From: a bacterium
GTDB taxonomy: Bacteria; UBA8248
Assembly (NCBI GenBank): GCA_965204535.1
Contig: OZ241996.1
Location: 1,408,001-1,472,000 of the forward strand
Length of the DNA stretch: 64,000 bases
Reading direction: 5' to 3'
Shown here: one piece after another, positions 51,068-60,636 of the stretch
Layout of the letters: every line of letters begins with the position of its first letter
Numbering within the stretch: the first letter of the stretch is position 1
Translations under genes and position numbers: made by a program
Notes under the pieces: model-generated
Databases searched by the model: none
What the model was told of the DNA's origin: nothing
What the model saw: only the letters and a program-made list of their open reading frames with translations

Positions 51068-52594
51068 TTGGAGATTCTTGGAAATCTATTCTACGGGCTG
51101 GGCATTGCGCTCTCGCCGCAAAATCTCTTGATGGCGTTGTTCGGCGTCGTCCTGGGCGTCGCCATCGGCGCGATGCCGGGCTTGGGATCCGTGAATGGCG
51201 TCGCCATTCTCCTGCCCATCACGTTCGCCGTTCCGCCCACGAGCGCCATCATCTTCCTGGCCGCCATCTACTACGGGGCCATGTACGGCGGCGCCATCAG
51301 TTCGATCACGCTGAACATTCCGGGCGCGTCCACGGCCGTCGCGACCACGTTCGACGGCTATCCGCTTGCGAGAAGGGGGAAAGCCGCCGATGCCCTTGTG
51401 ACGGCCGCGGTCGCCAGCTTTATCGGCGGAACGATATCCATCGTCCTCTTTACCTTTTTCGCCCCGCCCCTGGCCGAGTTCGCCTTGCGCTTCGGCCCGC
51501 CCGAGGAGTTCGCCGTCGTGCTGCTGGCGTACGCCACCTTTGCGGGACTGGGCGGGGAAAGCCCGCTCAAGACCATCATCGCCACCATGCTGGGCCTGCT
51601 CATGTCCACCGTGGGCACCGACATCGTGAGCGGCTCCCCGCGCCTGATATTCGGGGGCATCACGGGTTTTTACCACGGCATCAATTTCCTCGTGCTGGCC
51701 ATCGGCATCTACGGCGTCGGGGAAATTTTCTATACCCTGGAAGAAGGGTTCAAGACGAAAGAGAGATACCAGGCGAAACTCGGCGTCAGTGAAATCATCT
51801 CGACGCTCAAGAACCTCACGAAATGCACCCCCACCATCGCGAGAGGCTCTCTGCTCGGGTTTTTCGTCGGCATGCTGCCCGCCGCGGGCGCCACGCCCGC
51901 GAGTTTCATGAGCTACAGCATCGCGAAGCGGTTTGCGAAGAACCCGGAGGAATTCGGAAAGGGCGCCCTCGAAGGGGTGGCCGCGCCCGAGTGCGCCAAC
52001 AACGCGGCGAGCACGGGCTCCATGCTCCCCATGCTGACGCTGGGAATCCCGGGTTCGCCGACCACGGCGGTGATGCTCGGCGCCCTGTTCGTATGGGGGC
52101 TCGTGCCGGGTCCCCGGCTGTTCGTCGAAAACGCGGAGTTCGTCTGGGGGCTTACCGGGAGCCTCTATATCGCGAACACGATGGCGGTCATCGTCGCCAT
52201 CTTCGCCGTCCCCATCTTCATCTGGATGCTCCGGATGCCAATGACGATTCTGGCGCCGATCATCCTGGTCGTCTGCGCTGTGGGCGGGTTCTCGCCGACG
52301 CAGGACATGTTCGACGTGTATCTCATGTTCATATTCGGCGCGGTCGGCTACGTGTTCCGCAAACTCGACTATCCCCTCGCCCCGATGGTGCTGGCCCTGG
52401 TACTGGGCGGGCTGACGGAGCGCACCTTCCGCCAGAGCATGATTATGAGCCACGGGAATCCGGGCATCTTCTTCGACTTCGCAGGCCACCCCATCGCGGC
52501 GGCCTTGATGATGGTTTCCGTCGTCTTGTTCGTTCTTCCGCTTATTCCGATGATATTCAGGTTCAGGGTTTCCCGGGCGGGCACCTCGGCCTGA
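51068..52594 (+). CDS. tctA: tripartite tricarboxylate transporter large permease
   Basis: GAMPGLG, GAMYGG, TTFDGYP, APECANNA, LTLGIPGS, PGPRLF. Confidence 0.93.
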   Translation: MEILGNLFYGLGIALSPQNLLMALFGVVLGVAIGAMPGLGSVNGVAILLPITFAVPPTSAIIFLAAIYYGAMYGGAISSITLNIPGASTAVATTFDGYPLARRGKAADALVTAAVASFIGGTISIVLFTFFAPPLAEFALRFGPPEEFAVVLLAYATFAGLGGESPLKTIIATMLGLLMSTVGTDIVSGSPRLIFGGITGFYHGINFLVLAIGIYGVGEIFYTLEEGFKTKERYQAKLGVSEIISTLKNLTKCTPTIARGSLLGFFVGMLPAAGATPASFMSYSIAKRFAKNPEEFGKGALEGVAAPECANNAASTGSMLPMLTLGIPGSPTTAVMLGALFVWGLVPGPRLFVENAEFVWGLTGSLYIANTMAVIVAIFAVPIFIWMLRMPMTILAPIILVVCAVGGFSPTQDMFDVYLMFIFGAVGYVFRKLDYPLAPMVLALVLGGLTERTFRQSMIMSHGNPGIFFDFAGHPIAAALMMVSVVLFVLPLIPMIFRFRVSRAGTSA

Positions 52595-52608
52595 TCGGGT
52601 GAGGTTTT

Positions 52609-52636
52609 ACACCCCACGCATCGCTGATGCACTTCC
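52609..52636. repeat. 28-bp repeat A (second copy at 53695-53722)
   Basis: ACACCCCACGCATCGCTGATGCACTTCC vs ACACCCCACGCATCGTTGGTGCACTTCC; 26/28 identical. Confidence 0.85.
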
Positions 52637-52668
52637 GGCTGCCGCACGGCTTCGGGCGGCAAGCCACC

Positions 52669-53244
52669 TTACGGCGTAATGAACTCCCAGCGGGAAAGCT
52701 TGGCATCCGCCCTATCGCAATCGTCCACAAACAGGGTTCGCCAGCGGTCGGCGCTTGAGTAGGTGGCGGCGGAGACAGCACCGACCGCGAGGCACAGGTT
52801 GGAATTCTTGAGGACCAGCTTGCCGTCGGCTTTCAGATCGAAACGCTGAAAATTGGCAGCGTTGAAGAAGATGGACGAGGTGCCGCAATCGGCGAGCATC
52901 GCGGCGGCGCCCGGCAGGGCGCCCCGATTCACGCCGGCAATGGTCACGCACTTGTTGGGCGCCGGAAACCGGATATAGCCTTCCGGTGTAAACACGACGG
53001 CCGCGTCCGGCGGCAGCCCGACCTTACAATTGTGGGCGAACAGCGGGATATCCGTGCGCAGATTGCCGGGGGTGCCCGGAATGTCGATGCAATAGCCGTC
53101 CCGCGGCCGGTCGAGACGGTCGATGAGGCGCAGATGCTGCTCGGCAGCGGCCTTTGTGCTGACGATGGTCAACAGACCGCCGATGAGGCCACAAGCGGCA
53201 ATCGTGTGAAGAACCTTCAGGAACCTCTTCAGATGAATTCTCAA
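52669..53244 (-). CDS. secreted Cys-paired ricin-B/beta-trefoil-like protein
   Basis: GYCIDI..AHNC, KCVT..LADC, QRF, LCLAV..VDDC..W repeats; N-terminal hydrophobic segment. Confidence 0.6.
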   Translation of the reverse strand: MRIHLKRFLKVLHTIAACGLIGGLLTIVSTKAAAEQHLRLIDRLDRPRDGYCIDIPGTPGNLRTDIPLFAHNCKVGLPPDAAVVFTPEGYIRFPAPNKCVTIAGVNRGALPGAAAMLADCGTSSIFFNAANFQRFDLKADGKLVLKNSNLCLAVGAVSAATYSSADRWRTLFVDDCDRADAKLSRWEFITP

Positions 53245-53573
53245 CTCGCCCCTCCAAACGGGTGCGCAACCACGGGCAGAATACCAGCCCCGCCTTTGGC
53301 GGCAAGTTCGAGGCCCGGATATCCCGATTGTGACTTGCGGCAGGGCTGATCGCCGGCAATGTTTCGGGAATGAGATGGATCGTCGCCGCCGTTGTCTTGT
53401 TTGCTCGGTTTTCTCAGTTAATCATTATATAACAATGGATTATCTTTTTCATTCTCCAGATGTCTTCATGCAGGGATCAGATGTTTTCCACTCCGCGCTC
53501 CCGTGTGTCCACTTGGGAAGCCGGAACGGCGGCGATATCTGGCGACCTCCGAGTAAGCGTTCCATCAGGTCGT

Positions 53574-53700
53574 GGCGGGCGCTGCCGCTCAAGCGCCGCT
53601 CGGGCTAAACGCCGCTGACACAACGGCTTGCAGCCCCCGAGCGTTTGAGCGGCCCGGAAGCGCGATGCGGACGCCCTTCGGCGGTTTGGTTCACACACCC
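53574..53700. repeat. ~125-bp structured repeat B, copy 1
   Basis: Identical 33-mer GGCGGGCGCTGCCGCTCAAGCGCCGCTCGGGCT and 17-mer GACGCCCTTCGGCGGTT shared with 55146-55270. Confidence 0.85.
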
Positions 53701-53807
53701 CACGCATCGTTGGTGCACTTCCTGCCGGCGTCCACCATCGCGTGATCCTGCGGATTATGCCGTTGTTTCAGAGCCTGACGGCCCGCCCCGTCCCGCCCCG
53801 GCGCGCG

Positions 53808-54002
53808 GTCTGCGCGGACACGAAGCTCGGCAGTCTGCGCCTGCCTGACCTGCGCCATACCGCCGCAAGTCAGGCGGTTATGTCGGGCGAAGGTCTGCCG
53901 CTCGTCGGCCGGCTTCTCGGGCACAACCGGCATCGCACCACGGCAGGCTACGCCCACCTTGCCGATGCGCACCTTGTCGATGCGGCGGAAAAGGTCGGGC
54001 AA
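53808..54002 (+). pseudogene. C-terminal remnant of a tyrosine recombinase/integrase
   Basis: LRLPDLRHTAAS...LPLVGRLLGH...TTAGYAHL; N-terminal domains missing; HxLRH His replaced by Pro. Confidence 0.85.
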
Positions 54003-54100
54003 TCATCGCCACCGCGATGGCGAGTCAACGCCCACGACCGATAACGCATCGACAACAGCACCGCAGCGCTCCGGGTCGCGGAGCACGTCGAAAGCGTGCA

Positions 54101-54742
54101 TCAATCCGGCGCGACCGCCTCGCCCGTGTAAAAGGCCGCCGTACGCTGCGCCGCTGCGCGCGCAACGTCGGCGTCCGTTCCCGCTGCCTCGGCCGCCCGG
54201 CCCCACGCCGCACTGCTTCCGACGATGAGCGCCTTTCCGTCACGAGTCGTGTGGAACGTTGCCCCGTCCAACTTGGGTTCGTTCGGCCGCGTAAGATGCA
54301 GTTCCATCCCCAGCAAGCCCATCTCCCAACCTACGCCGACGGCGCCGGGACCGAACTTGCGCCAATGGTCCGACACCAGCGCGGTATGCGTAATCGCAAG
54401 ACGCGAGCGGCCGGTACTATCGTTACACAGACGCGCCTCCACCCAGCTCACGTCATCGCCGAACTCCCATGTCAGCCCGAGATGCGAGGGACGCTCGCAG
54501 TGCCGAATCGTGCCGCCTGCGTTTCCCTCCAGTTGGTAGCGACCGCCGAGTTCGAGGCGGCCGCTGACCGGCAGGAACCAGCATGGGATTCGTTCCGCGC
54601 TCGTCACGGCGTCCCAGAGGTCCTCCACTGTCGTCGCGTAGCTGCGGGCCAAGGTGACCGCGCGAGCGGCCTGTCCGTCGCGCTCCAGGGACGACACTGC
54701 GCGCTCCACGGCGCCGAGGAGGCGTTCGACATCCAGGTCCAT
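54101..54742 (-). CDS. SRPBCC/AHSA1-family protein
   Basis: VEDLWDAVT..ERI..WFLPVSG.L..GGRYQLEGNAGG, GPGAVGVGWE. Confidence 0.85.
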   Translation of the reverse strand: MDLDVERLLGAVERAVSSLERDGQAARAVTLARSYATTVEDLWDAVTSAERIPCWFLPVSGRLELGGRYQLEGNAGGTIRHCERPSHLGLTWEFGDDVSWVEARLCNDSTGRSRLAITHTALVSDHWRKFGPGAVGVGWEMGLLGMELHLTRPNEPKLDGATFHTTRDGKALIVGSSAAWGRAAEAAGTDADVARAAAQRTAAFYTGEAVAPD

Positions 54743-55145
54743 GGCTTCTCCGTTTCATCAAGCAGGCGATTATCCAGGTACATGCCACTGCGTACAGCAA
54801 ATCAAGCCGCGTGGACGATGGCTCGGACCGTCCACAAGGTCGCAGACCGTCCGACAACAGCAAGTCGGAAGCCCGCCCAAAGGCGACACGCCTCGACGAG
54901 CACGAGCGCCGACAGATGGCCCGGCACTTCCTTCCCCGCAACTGTCACCCGCGGTGCGGCGACTGTTGTGCGATCTGATGACCGCTTCCCCTCTGCGCCA
55001 ATGTATACGTTACCCGGCACTTCGCGCCCGAGACAACGAGTCCGGCGTCTGTCATGCCGCCCCGCATTGTCCTGTTATCTCGTGCTTCCTATAACTGCCG
55101 CCCGGAAGCCGCGCGACGGTTCGGGACGTGTTCCCGCAAGTGCGC

Positions 55146-55270
55146 GGCGGGCGCTGCCGCTCAAGCGCCGCTCGGGCTGAATGCCCGGCCTGCAACGCTT
55201 TGCAGTGCGCGGTCGCTTGGTTGGCCAGGAAGCGGGTTGACGACGCCCTTCGGCGGTTCGTGGTCACACC
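55146..55270. repeat. ~125-bp structured repeat B, copy 2
   Basis: Direct-orientation homologue of 53574-53700, ending TCACACC. Confidence 0.85.
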
Positions 55271-55326
55271 TGAAGCATTCTTCAGTCGAAGGGTGTTGCG
55301 TCCTGCAGATTTTGAGAGATGAAACT

Positions 55327-56223
55327 TCAGGCGTCCATCGCGCACCGGAAGCCGATGTTGAAATTCTTGTACCAGGGCTCGAAGCCCTCTCTCGCCGAGC
55401 ACCTAAGGCTGTCTTCGATGTAATCCCAGCCGCAGCCCCGGGCGACCTTGGCCGTCCAGGCGTAGCCCGCCCGGCGCGGGAGCCAGCCCTCGGTGTTCCC
55501 GAAACGGATCCTGTAGCTGTCCTCGTCGCGGTGCAGTATCTCGTAGCGCTCGCCGCGCTTGACTTCGCCCAGGCTCAGGCTGCCCCCGCCCGGAACGGCG
55601 AATACGGGCACCTTCGCCATCGCCACTTCGAAGGTCGGCTTCTCCAGCCCCCGGGGGTTCTCCGCCGGGCCCGTCTGGTAGTAAAACCCGTCGAACCAGT
55701 CCGACACCCACTCGAAGACGTTCCCGGCCATCTGCACGCAACCGTAGGGAGAGGCGCTCTCTTCGAACCCGCTCACATTGGCGGGGCAGTGAATATCCGT
55801 TTCCGTGCTCGCATAGACGGCCCGCCCGGGAGAGGGTTCCTCCTCGCCCCATGGATACTTGCGCCCGTCCGTTCCGCGCGCCGCCTTCTCCCATTCCGCC
55901 TCGGTCGGCAGGCGCTTGCCCACCCAGCGGGCGTAGGCGTTCGCCTCCTCCCAACTGATGCTGACGATGGGCTGTTCCGGCCCCACGAAATCATCCCTCG
56001 CGAACGAGGGAGGCGGCGGAAACGCTTCGGTCTCCTCCAGGAAAGCGCGGTACTGCGCGTTCGTCACGCAGTATTTGTCGATCCAGAAAGCGTCGAGGGT
56101 AACCTCGCGCTCCGGACGCTCGTCCGCGTTGCCGACGTCGGAACCCATGAGAAAGGGCCCCTCGGGCACGCACACCATCGCGGCCTCGTCTTTCCCTTTT
56201 TTCATTTCCCTCGCTTCGTTCAT
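55327..56223 (-). CDS. FGE-sulfatase (SUMF1/EgtB/PvdO) domain protein with an SH3-like insertion
   Basis: GPFLMGS, VTNAQY, RLPTEAEWEKAARG, MAGNVFEW, IGFRC. Confidence 0.88.
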   Translation of the reverse strand: MNEAREMKKGKDEAAMVCVPEGPFLMGSDVGNADERPEREVTLDAFWIDKYCVTNAQYRAFLEETEAFPPPPSFARDDFVGPEQPIVSISWEEANAYARWVGKRLPTEAEWEKAARGTDGRKYPWGEEEPSPGRAVYASTETDIHCPANVSGFEESASPYGCVQMAGNVFEWVSDWFDGFYYQTGPAENPRGLEKPTFEVAMAKVPVFAVPGGGSLSLGEVKRGERYEILHRDEDSYRIRFGNTEGWLPRRAGYAWTAKVARGCGWDYIEDSLRCSAREGFEPWYKNFNIGFRCAMDA

Positions 56224-56251
56224 CTTCGTCTCTTCGGAGCAGGCAATAGCG

Positions 56252-56280
56252 AAAAAGAGCGGGACCCCGAAGGGCCCCGC
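56252..56280 (-). terminator. Rho-independent terminator after the oxidoreductase operon
   Basis: Minus strand GCGGGGCCC-TTCG-GGGTCCCGC-TCTTTTT. Confidence 0.75.
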
Positions 56281-56310
56281 CCTGGACTTGCCGGTTCTTC
56301 GTTCCCTACC

Positions 56311-57339
56311 CTACTTCTTGCTCGGGTCGTTCACCTTGAAGGGGATGACACCGGGAACCATCCAGTCGTCCCACATCTTGTCCACTTCGCTCTGGAAGTA
56401 TTCGTAGTCTTCCTCTACGAAGTGGTGGAAGCGGCCCTGCGTCTCCAGGTACTCGCGCACCGGCTTGCGGCGGCGCTTGCCGTACACCTGTCGTGCCGAA
56501 ATGCCCGTATAGGTGAGCGCCCCGTCCGTCATCTCCCAGAGCGGGAAGAGCCCCGTCTCCACGGCCAGTTCGCCGAGCTTGTGGGAGTAGAACGGGTCGT
56601 AGTCCCAGCCTTTGGGGCACGGGTCGAGCGTGTGCACGAAGGCGGGCCCCTTCACGGCCAGCGCCTTGCGGACCTTGTCAATCAGATCGGCGGGATAGGA
56701 AGCGTCCGCCGTCGCCACGTAGTTGCAGCGCGTGTGGCCGACCGCATACATGGCGGCGATGTTCTTTTTCCAGCAATCGTGCATGATGCGGAATTTCTTG
56801 CCCGGAGGCGTGAACGTCGTGTTGGCGCCCCACGGAGATGCGCCCGAAATCTGGATGTCGGTGTTCGCGTACGACTCGTTGTCGTAGCAGATGATCGCCA
56901 GATTGTACTTCGCGTGCATGAGCGCCGCCGAGATGGACGAGACGCCCATGTCGATGCCGCCGCCGTCGCCGCAGAAGGCGATGACGTTGATGGGCTCTTC
57001 CTTCATCTTGCCCTTGCGCATGAGCGCCCGGAGCGCCGCCGCCGTTCCCGTGGCCGCAGAACCCGAAGAACCCAACTGCGTGTGCATCCACGGCACCACC
57101 CAGGGGGTGCTGTAGTACGTGGTGTTCGCCACGTACATGCAGCCCGTGCTGCCCAGGATGATGGAGCGGGGGCCGGCCGCCTTGGCCATGAGGCGCATGA
57201 TGAGCGCGCTCTCACAACCCTGGCACGTCCTGTGCCCGCTGGTGAAATACTCTTCCACCGCCTTTTCGGGGATGGCGTTCACCTTCCCCATCAAGGGAAG
57301 TTCCTGTGTCCCGATGTTGTATTCAGAGGTTTCGGCCAT
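56311..57339 (-). CDS. 2-oxoacid:ferredoxin oxidoreductase beta (TPP-binding) subunit, OOR-like
   Basis: SGHRTCQGC, TGCM, GDGG...DNESYANT, PCPKGW. Confidence 0.9.
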   Translation of the reverse strand: MAETSEYNIGTQELPLMGKVNAIPEKAVEEYFTSGHRTCQGCESALIMRLMAKAAGPRSIILGSTGCMYVANTTYYSTPWVVPWMHTQLGSSGSAATGTAAALRALMRKGKMKEEPINVIAFCGDGGGIDMGVSSISAALMHAKYNLAIICYDNESYANTDIQISGASPWGANTTFTPPGKKFRIMHDCWKKNIAAMYAVGHTRCNYVATADASYPADLIDKVRKALAVKGPAFVHTLDPCPKGWDYDPFYSHKLGELAVETGLFPLWEMTDGALTYTGISARQVYGKRRRKPVREYLETQGRFHHFVEEDYEYFQSEVDKMWDDWMVPGVIPFKVNDPSKK

Positions 57340-57342
57340 GAT

Positions 57343-58560
57343 TTAGTCCCTCACTCCGATCCAGTCGACATCGTTGTCGGCCGCATCGTTCTGACCCATG
57401 GAAATGACCTTGTCAGCCATCAGTTTGACGTCTTCGAGCAGCACCTCACGGCCACCGAGGCCGCAGACGAATCCTTTCATGTGAGGCACCTTGTCCGCTC
57501 CGTACATGGCGGCTTTCACTTCGTTGAACACTATACCACCATGATAGGGAGAACCAAACGAGTAGTCGCGGTCGATGACGCCCACCGCCTTGAATCGCGA
57601 GAGCGACGCGCGCAGCTCTTCCGTCGGGAAGGGGCGGAACCACTTGAGGCGAACCATGCCGACCTTCTTGCCTTCCTTGCGCATCTCGCGGATGGCGACC
57701 TTCACCGGCAGGCTCAGCGTCCCCATGCCGCACAGCACGACGTCGGCGTCCTCGGTCATGTATTCATCGAGGAAGGGGTCCGTGTCCACGCCGAAAGTCT
57801 TGCTGAAATCGGCGTGGGCTTCCTTGAGCACGGTGTAGGCGTTTTTCGCCGCCTCGCTGCTCTGGCGCCTCACCTCCATCAGCCAGTCTTCGTTCGCCTG
57901 GGGCGCGATGGTGATCGGGTTGTCGGGGTGAAGCAGCAGGTCGCCCCTGTCGTAGGGCGGGAGGAACACGTTGACTTCCTCCTGGCCGGGCAGCCGCACC
58001 GTCGCCTGGCTGTGCGTCAGGAACGCGCCGTCCATCGCAATGGCGCACGGCAGGTAGACTCTGGGGTCCTCGGCGACGCGATAGGCAAGTAGACCCAGTT
58101 CGACGACTTCCTGCGCCGTGTCGGGGAAGTTGATCATCCAGCCCAGATCGCGCACCAGCATGGCGTCGTTGTGCTCGGTGCCGAACGCGCCGGGGTCATC
58201 CAAAGCGCGGCAGCCCACCAGGGCCACCATGGGCAGCCTGAGGCCCGCCGTAACGGCCAGCGGCTCCATCGCGTAGAGCCAGCCCACGCCGCTCGAACCG
58301 GTGAACACGCGCGCGCCGCAGGCCGAGGCGTGCTTGACGATCTCGAACTGGCCGTGCTCGCTTTCCGCCGGAATGTAGTCGGCGTCGAAATCGCCCTCGG
58401 CGATGAATTTGGAAACATACTGCATCACGGTGTCATACGGCCGGATCGGATACGCCGTGATGACATCCACGTCGGCGAGGCGGCAGACGTGCGCCATGAC
58501 CTCGCTTCCGGTGAGGAGATGAACTCCCGCACCTTGTTGCTGTTCAGTAGCTGTTGCCAT
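57343..58560 (-). CDS. 2-oxoacid:ferredoxin oxidoreductase alpha subunit, OOR-like
   Basis: AYPIRPY, ESEH, GARVFTGSSGVG, FRPFP, GLGGR. Confidence 0.9.
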   Translation of the reverse strand: MATATEQQQGAGVHLLTGSEVMAHVCRLADVDVITAYPIRPYDTVMQYVSKFIAEGDFDADYIPAESEHGQFEIVKHASACGARVFTGSSGVGWLYAMEPLAVTAGLRLPMVALVGCRALDDPGAFGTEHNDAMLVRDLGWMINFPDTAQEVVELGLLAYRVAEDPRVYLPCAIAMDGAFLTHSQATVRLPGQEEVNVFLPPYDRGDLLLHPDNPITIAPQANEDWLMEVRRQSSEAAKNAYTVLKEAHADFSKTFGVDTDPFLDEYMTEDADVVLCGMGTLSLPVKVAIREMRKEGKKVGMVRLKWFRPFPTEELRASLSRFKAVGVIDRDYSFGSPYHGGIVFNEVKAAMYGADKVPHMKGFVCGLGGREVLLEDVKLMADKVISMGQNDAADNDVDWIGVRD

Positions 58561-58578
58561 CAGTTCGCTCCTATTATC

Positions 58579-59769
58579 CTATTTGAGGTCCTGGAGAGAT
58601 TTGACCTGGGCCGTTTCGGGGTTGTGACCCATCTCGATGCCGATGCCGGAGAACGCCTGCCCAAGACCGGTGATGGGGTGACGACCCTCTATCTTGCCGG
58701 TGCTGATCTTCTCGTCCATGTATTTGTCGTAATCTTCCTTGTTCTCCTGCCACATCTGCCACTGGCTGTCGCGCTCCTCGAAGACGACCTCGTTCACCAT
58801 GGTGATGCAGTCCTTGACGGGGCAGATGGCTTCGCACACGCCGCAGCCGCAGCAGGCTTCCATGTTGGCATCGAAGAAGCCGTCCGGCGTGACGTCGAAA
58901 CAGGTGTCCGGACACGCGACCCAGCACAGGGTGCATTTCGTGCACTTATCGAACGAGACGACCGGACGCATGGTGCGGGTCGACCATTTCTTGAAGTAGG
59001 GGTTGCGTCCCGGCTCATAGCCGCCCTCGCCGCCCCGGAAGCCCTCGTGGCCGCCCACGCCGTCGATGACGACGCCCTGACGCATTTCGTGCCACTTGAG
59101 GAGTTCGAACGTGAAGGGAACCTCATCGTTGCCCTGGCCCGGTTCGATCTCGACGGGACGCAGGTCTTCATACACCTCCCGCGCGGCTTCGACGTGCGTT
59201 TCCGAGCCGATGTTCTCGCGAATCGCCGATTCAAGCGACGCGATGGAGCACATGCTCGGTTCGGCCTTGAGAGCCGCCGCCAGACAGCGCGCGTCGGTGC
59301 CGTCGTCCTTGTACACCCAGAGGCCGGCGAAGCTCGCCTCGCCGGGGATGATCGCGAGCTTGTAGGGCGTGTCCCTGCGGTGGATGTGCTGGACGAGTTC
59401 TTCTTCTTTCTGGTTGGACGTGACGATCAGCGTGCCGCCGGGCTTCGTGACGGCGTTGATCGGCTGAAGGCCGTACCATGCCCACGATTCCACGCCTTTG
59501 CACAGGGTGTCGTCCACACAGATGGAGATGTCCACCTGCTTGGGCTCGTATTGAGCCGCCACGGTCTCGAGTTCTTCCTCGTTGTCCGCGATGTAGCCGA
59601 ACTGCTTGGCTGGAATTCCGTTTCGCTCGGGCGAATCGCTGTAGCGCCCGAAGGAGATGCCCGGCTTCCCTTCTTTCACGGCCGCGAGGATCAACGTCCG
59701 TGAAATTTTCACCGCAAGGCTTTTCTGAAAAATTCCTCTGTAAATGACTTCAAACGATATGACGCTCAC
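58579..59769 (-). CDS. fused gamma-delta subunit with 2x[4Fe-4S] ferredoxin domain
   Basis: N-terminal gamma-like region (YSDSPER); RTMRPVV..DKCTKCTLCWVACP and CCGCGVCEAICP. Confidence 0.88.
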   Translation of the reverse strand: MSVISFEVIYRGIFQKSLAVKISRTLILAAVKEGKPGISFGRYSDSPERNGIPAKQFGYIADNEEELETVAAQYEPKQVDISICVDDTLCKGVESWAWYGLQPINAVTKPGGTLIVTSNQKEEELVQHIHRRDTPYKLAIIPGEASFAGLWVYKDDGTDARCLAAALKAEPSMCSIASLESAIRENIGSETHVEAAREVYEDLRPVEIEPGQGNDEVPFTFELLKWHEMRQGVVIDGVGGHEGFRGGEGGYEPGRNPYFKKWSTRTMRPVVSFDKCTKCTLCWVACPDTCFDVTPDGFFDANMEACCGCGVCEAICPVKDCITMVNEVVFEERDSQWQMWQENKEDYDKYMDEKISTGKIEGRHPITGLGQAFSGIGIEMGHNPETAQVKSLQDLK

Positions 59770-59840
59770 ATTCGATACCCCCCACTTGAAGTTGAAGAAG
59801 TAGAACTTTTTGCTTTAAGGCTTTGTTCCCTGAAAGTCGG

Positions 59841-60584
59841 TTATTCCGATTCGAGTTTCGCCAGATGATCCAGTTTCAAATGGGCTTCGGCCTCGCTGCC
59901 CTCAATCTCGACCAGATGGCCGATCATTCCCGCCATCGCCCTGTTCTTGTCCTTGTCCAAAACGGCGCCCAGAATCTTCTGGTGCGCTTCCCACGAGCGG
60001 AAGCGAACATTCTCGTCACGGCGAAGCGAGCGTTCCCGCATTTCGCTCAGGGAATTGAGCAGACTGCTCAGCAGATGATGGAGGAATTGATTCTTGGCGG
60101 CCTCTGCGAGTTCGAGATGAAACCGGGTATCCTCCCTCAAACCGAGTCTCCCGCCTTCTATCGCATCATGCTGCCGCTGGATAGTATCTTCGAGCATGGC
60201 CAACTCCGCCACCGTCGCGCGCTCTGCGGCCAGGGCGGCGATTTGAGGCTCCAGCACCATGCGCGCCTCGAAAAGATCGTGGATGCCGCTCGCCGCGTCG
60301 GAGGAGACTTTTTCGGAAATCATGGGGAGCAGGGCCTCAGGCTGCGCCGTGACGAACGTGCCCTCCCCCTGCTTCGTCTCGACGAGCCTGGCGGATTCCA
60401 GCGAACGCGTGGCTTCGCGCACCGAATTGCGGCCCACGCCGAATTGCTCGCAAAGCTCACGCTCGGAGGGCAGCTTCTCGCCGGGCTTGATTTCGCCCTC
60501 CAGTATCAAAGCCGTGAGTTGATCGACGATGGCCTCGTAGACGCGCGTCTTCTTCACCGCCTGTAGTCTGTCGCCGATGACCAC
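59841..60584 (-). CDS. GntR/FadR-family transcriptional regulator
   Basis: PGEKLPSERELCEQFGVGRNSVREA, GEGTFV, FCD-type D..FH...N. Confidence 0.93.
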   Translation of the reverse strand: MVIGDRLQAVKKTRVYEAIVDQLTALILEGEIKPGEKLPSERELCEQFGVGRNSVREATRSLESARLVETKQGEGTFVTAQPEALLPMISEKVSSDAASGIHDLFEARMVLEPQIAALAAERATVAELAMLEDTIQRQHDAIEGGRLGLREDTRFHLELAEAAKNQFLHHLLSSLLNSLSEMRERSLRRDENVRFRSWEAHQKILGAVLDKDKNRAMAGMIGHLVEIEGSEAEAHLKLDHLAKLESE

Positions 60585-60636
60585 GCTTCAAGCCCCCGGA
60601 TATATGCCTCACAGAAAGACTCGTCACCTTATGGGA

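Noticed and set aside
53691-54002. 103-aa minus-strand ORF
   Set aside because: Antisense reading of the integrase remnant.
55054-58092. 1012-aa plus-strand ORF
   Set aside because: Antisense shadow of the FGE and oxidoreductase genes in high-GC DNA; no recognisable motifs.
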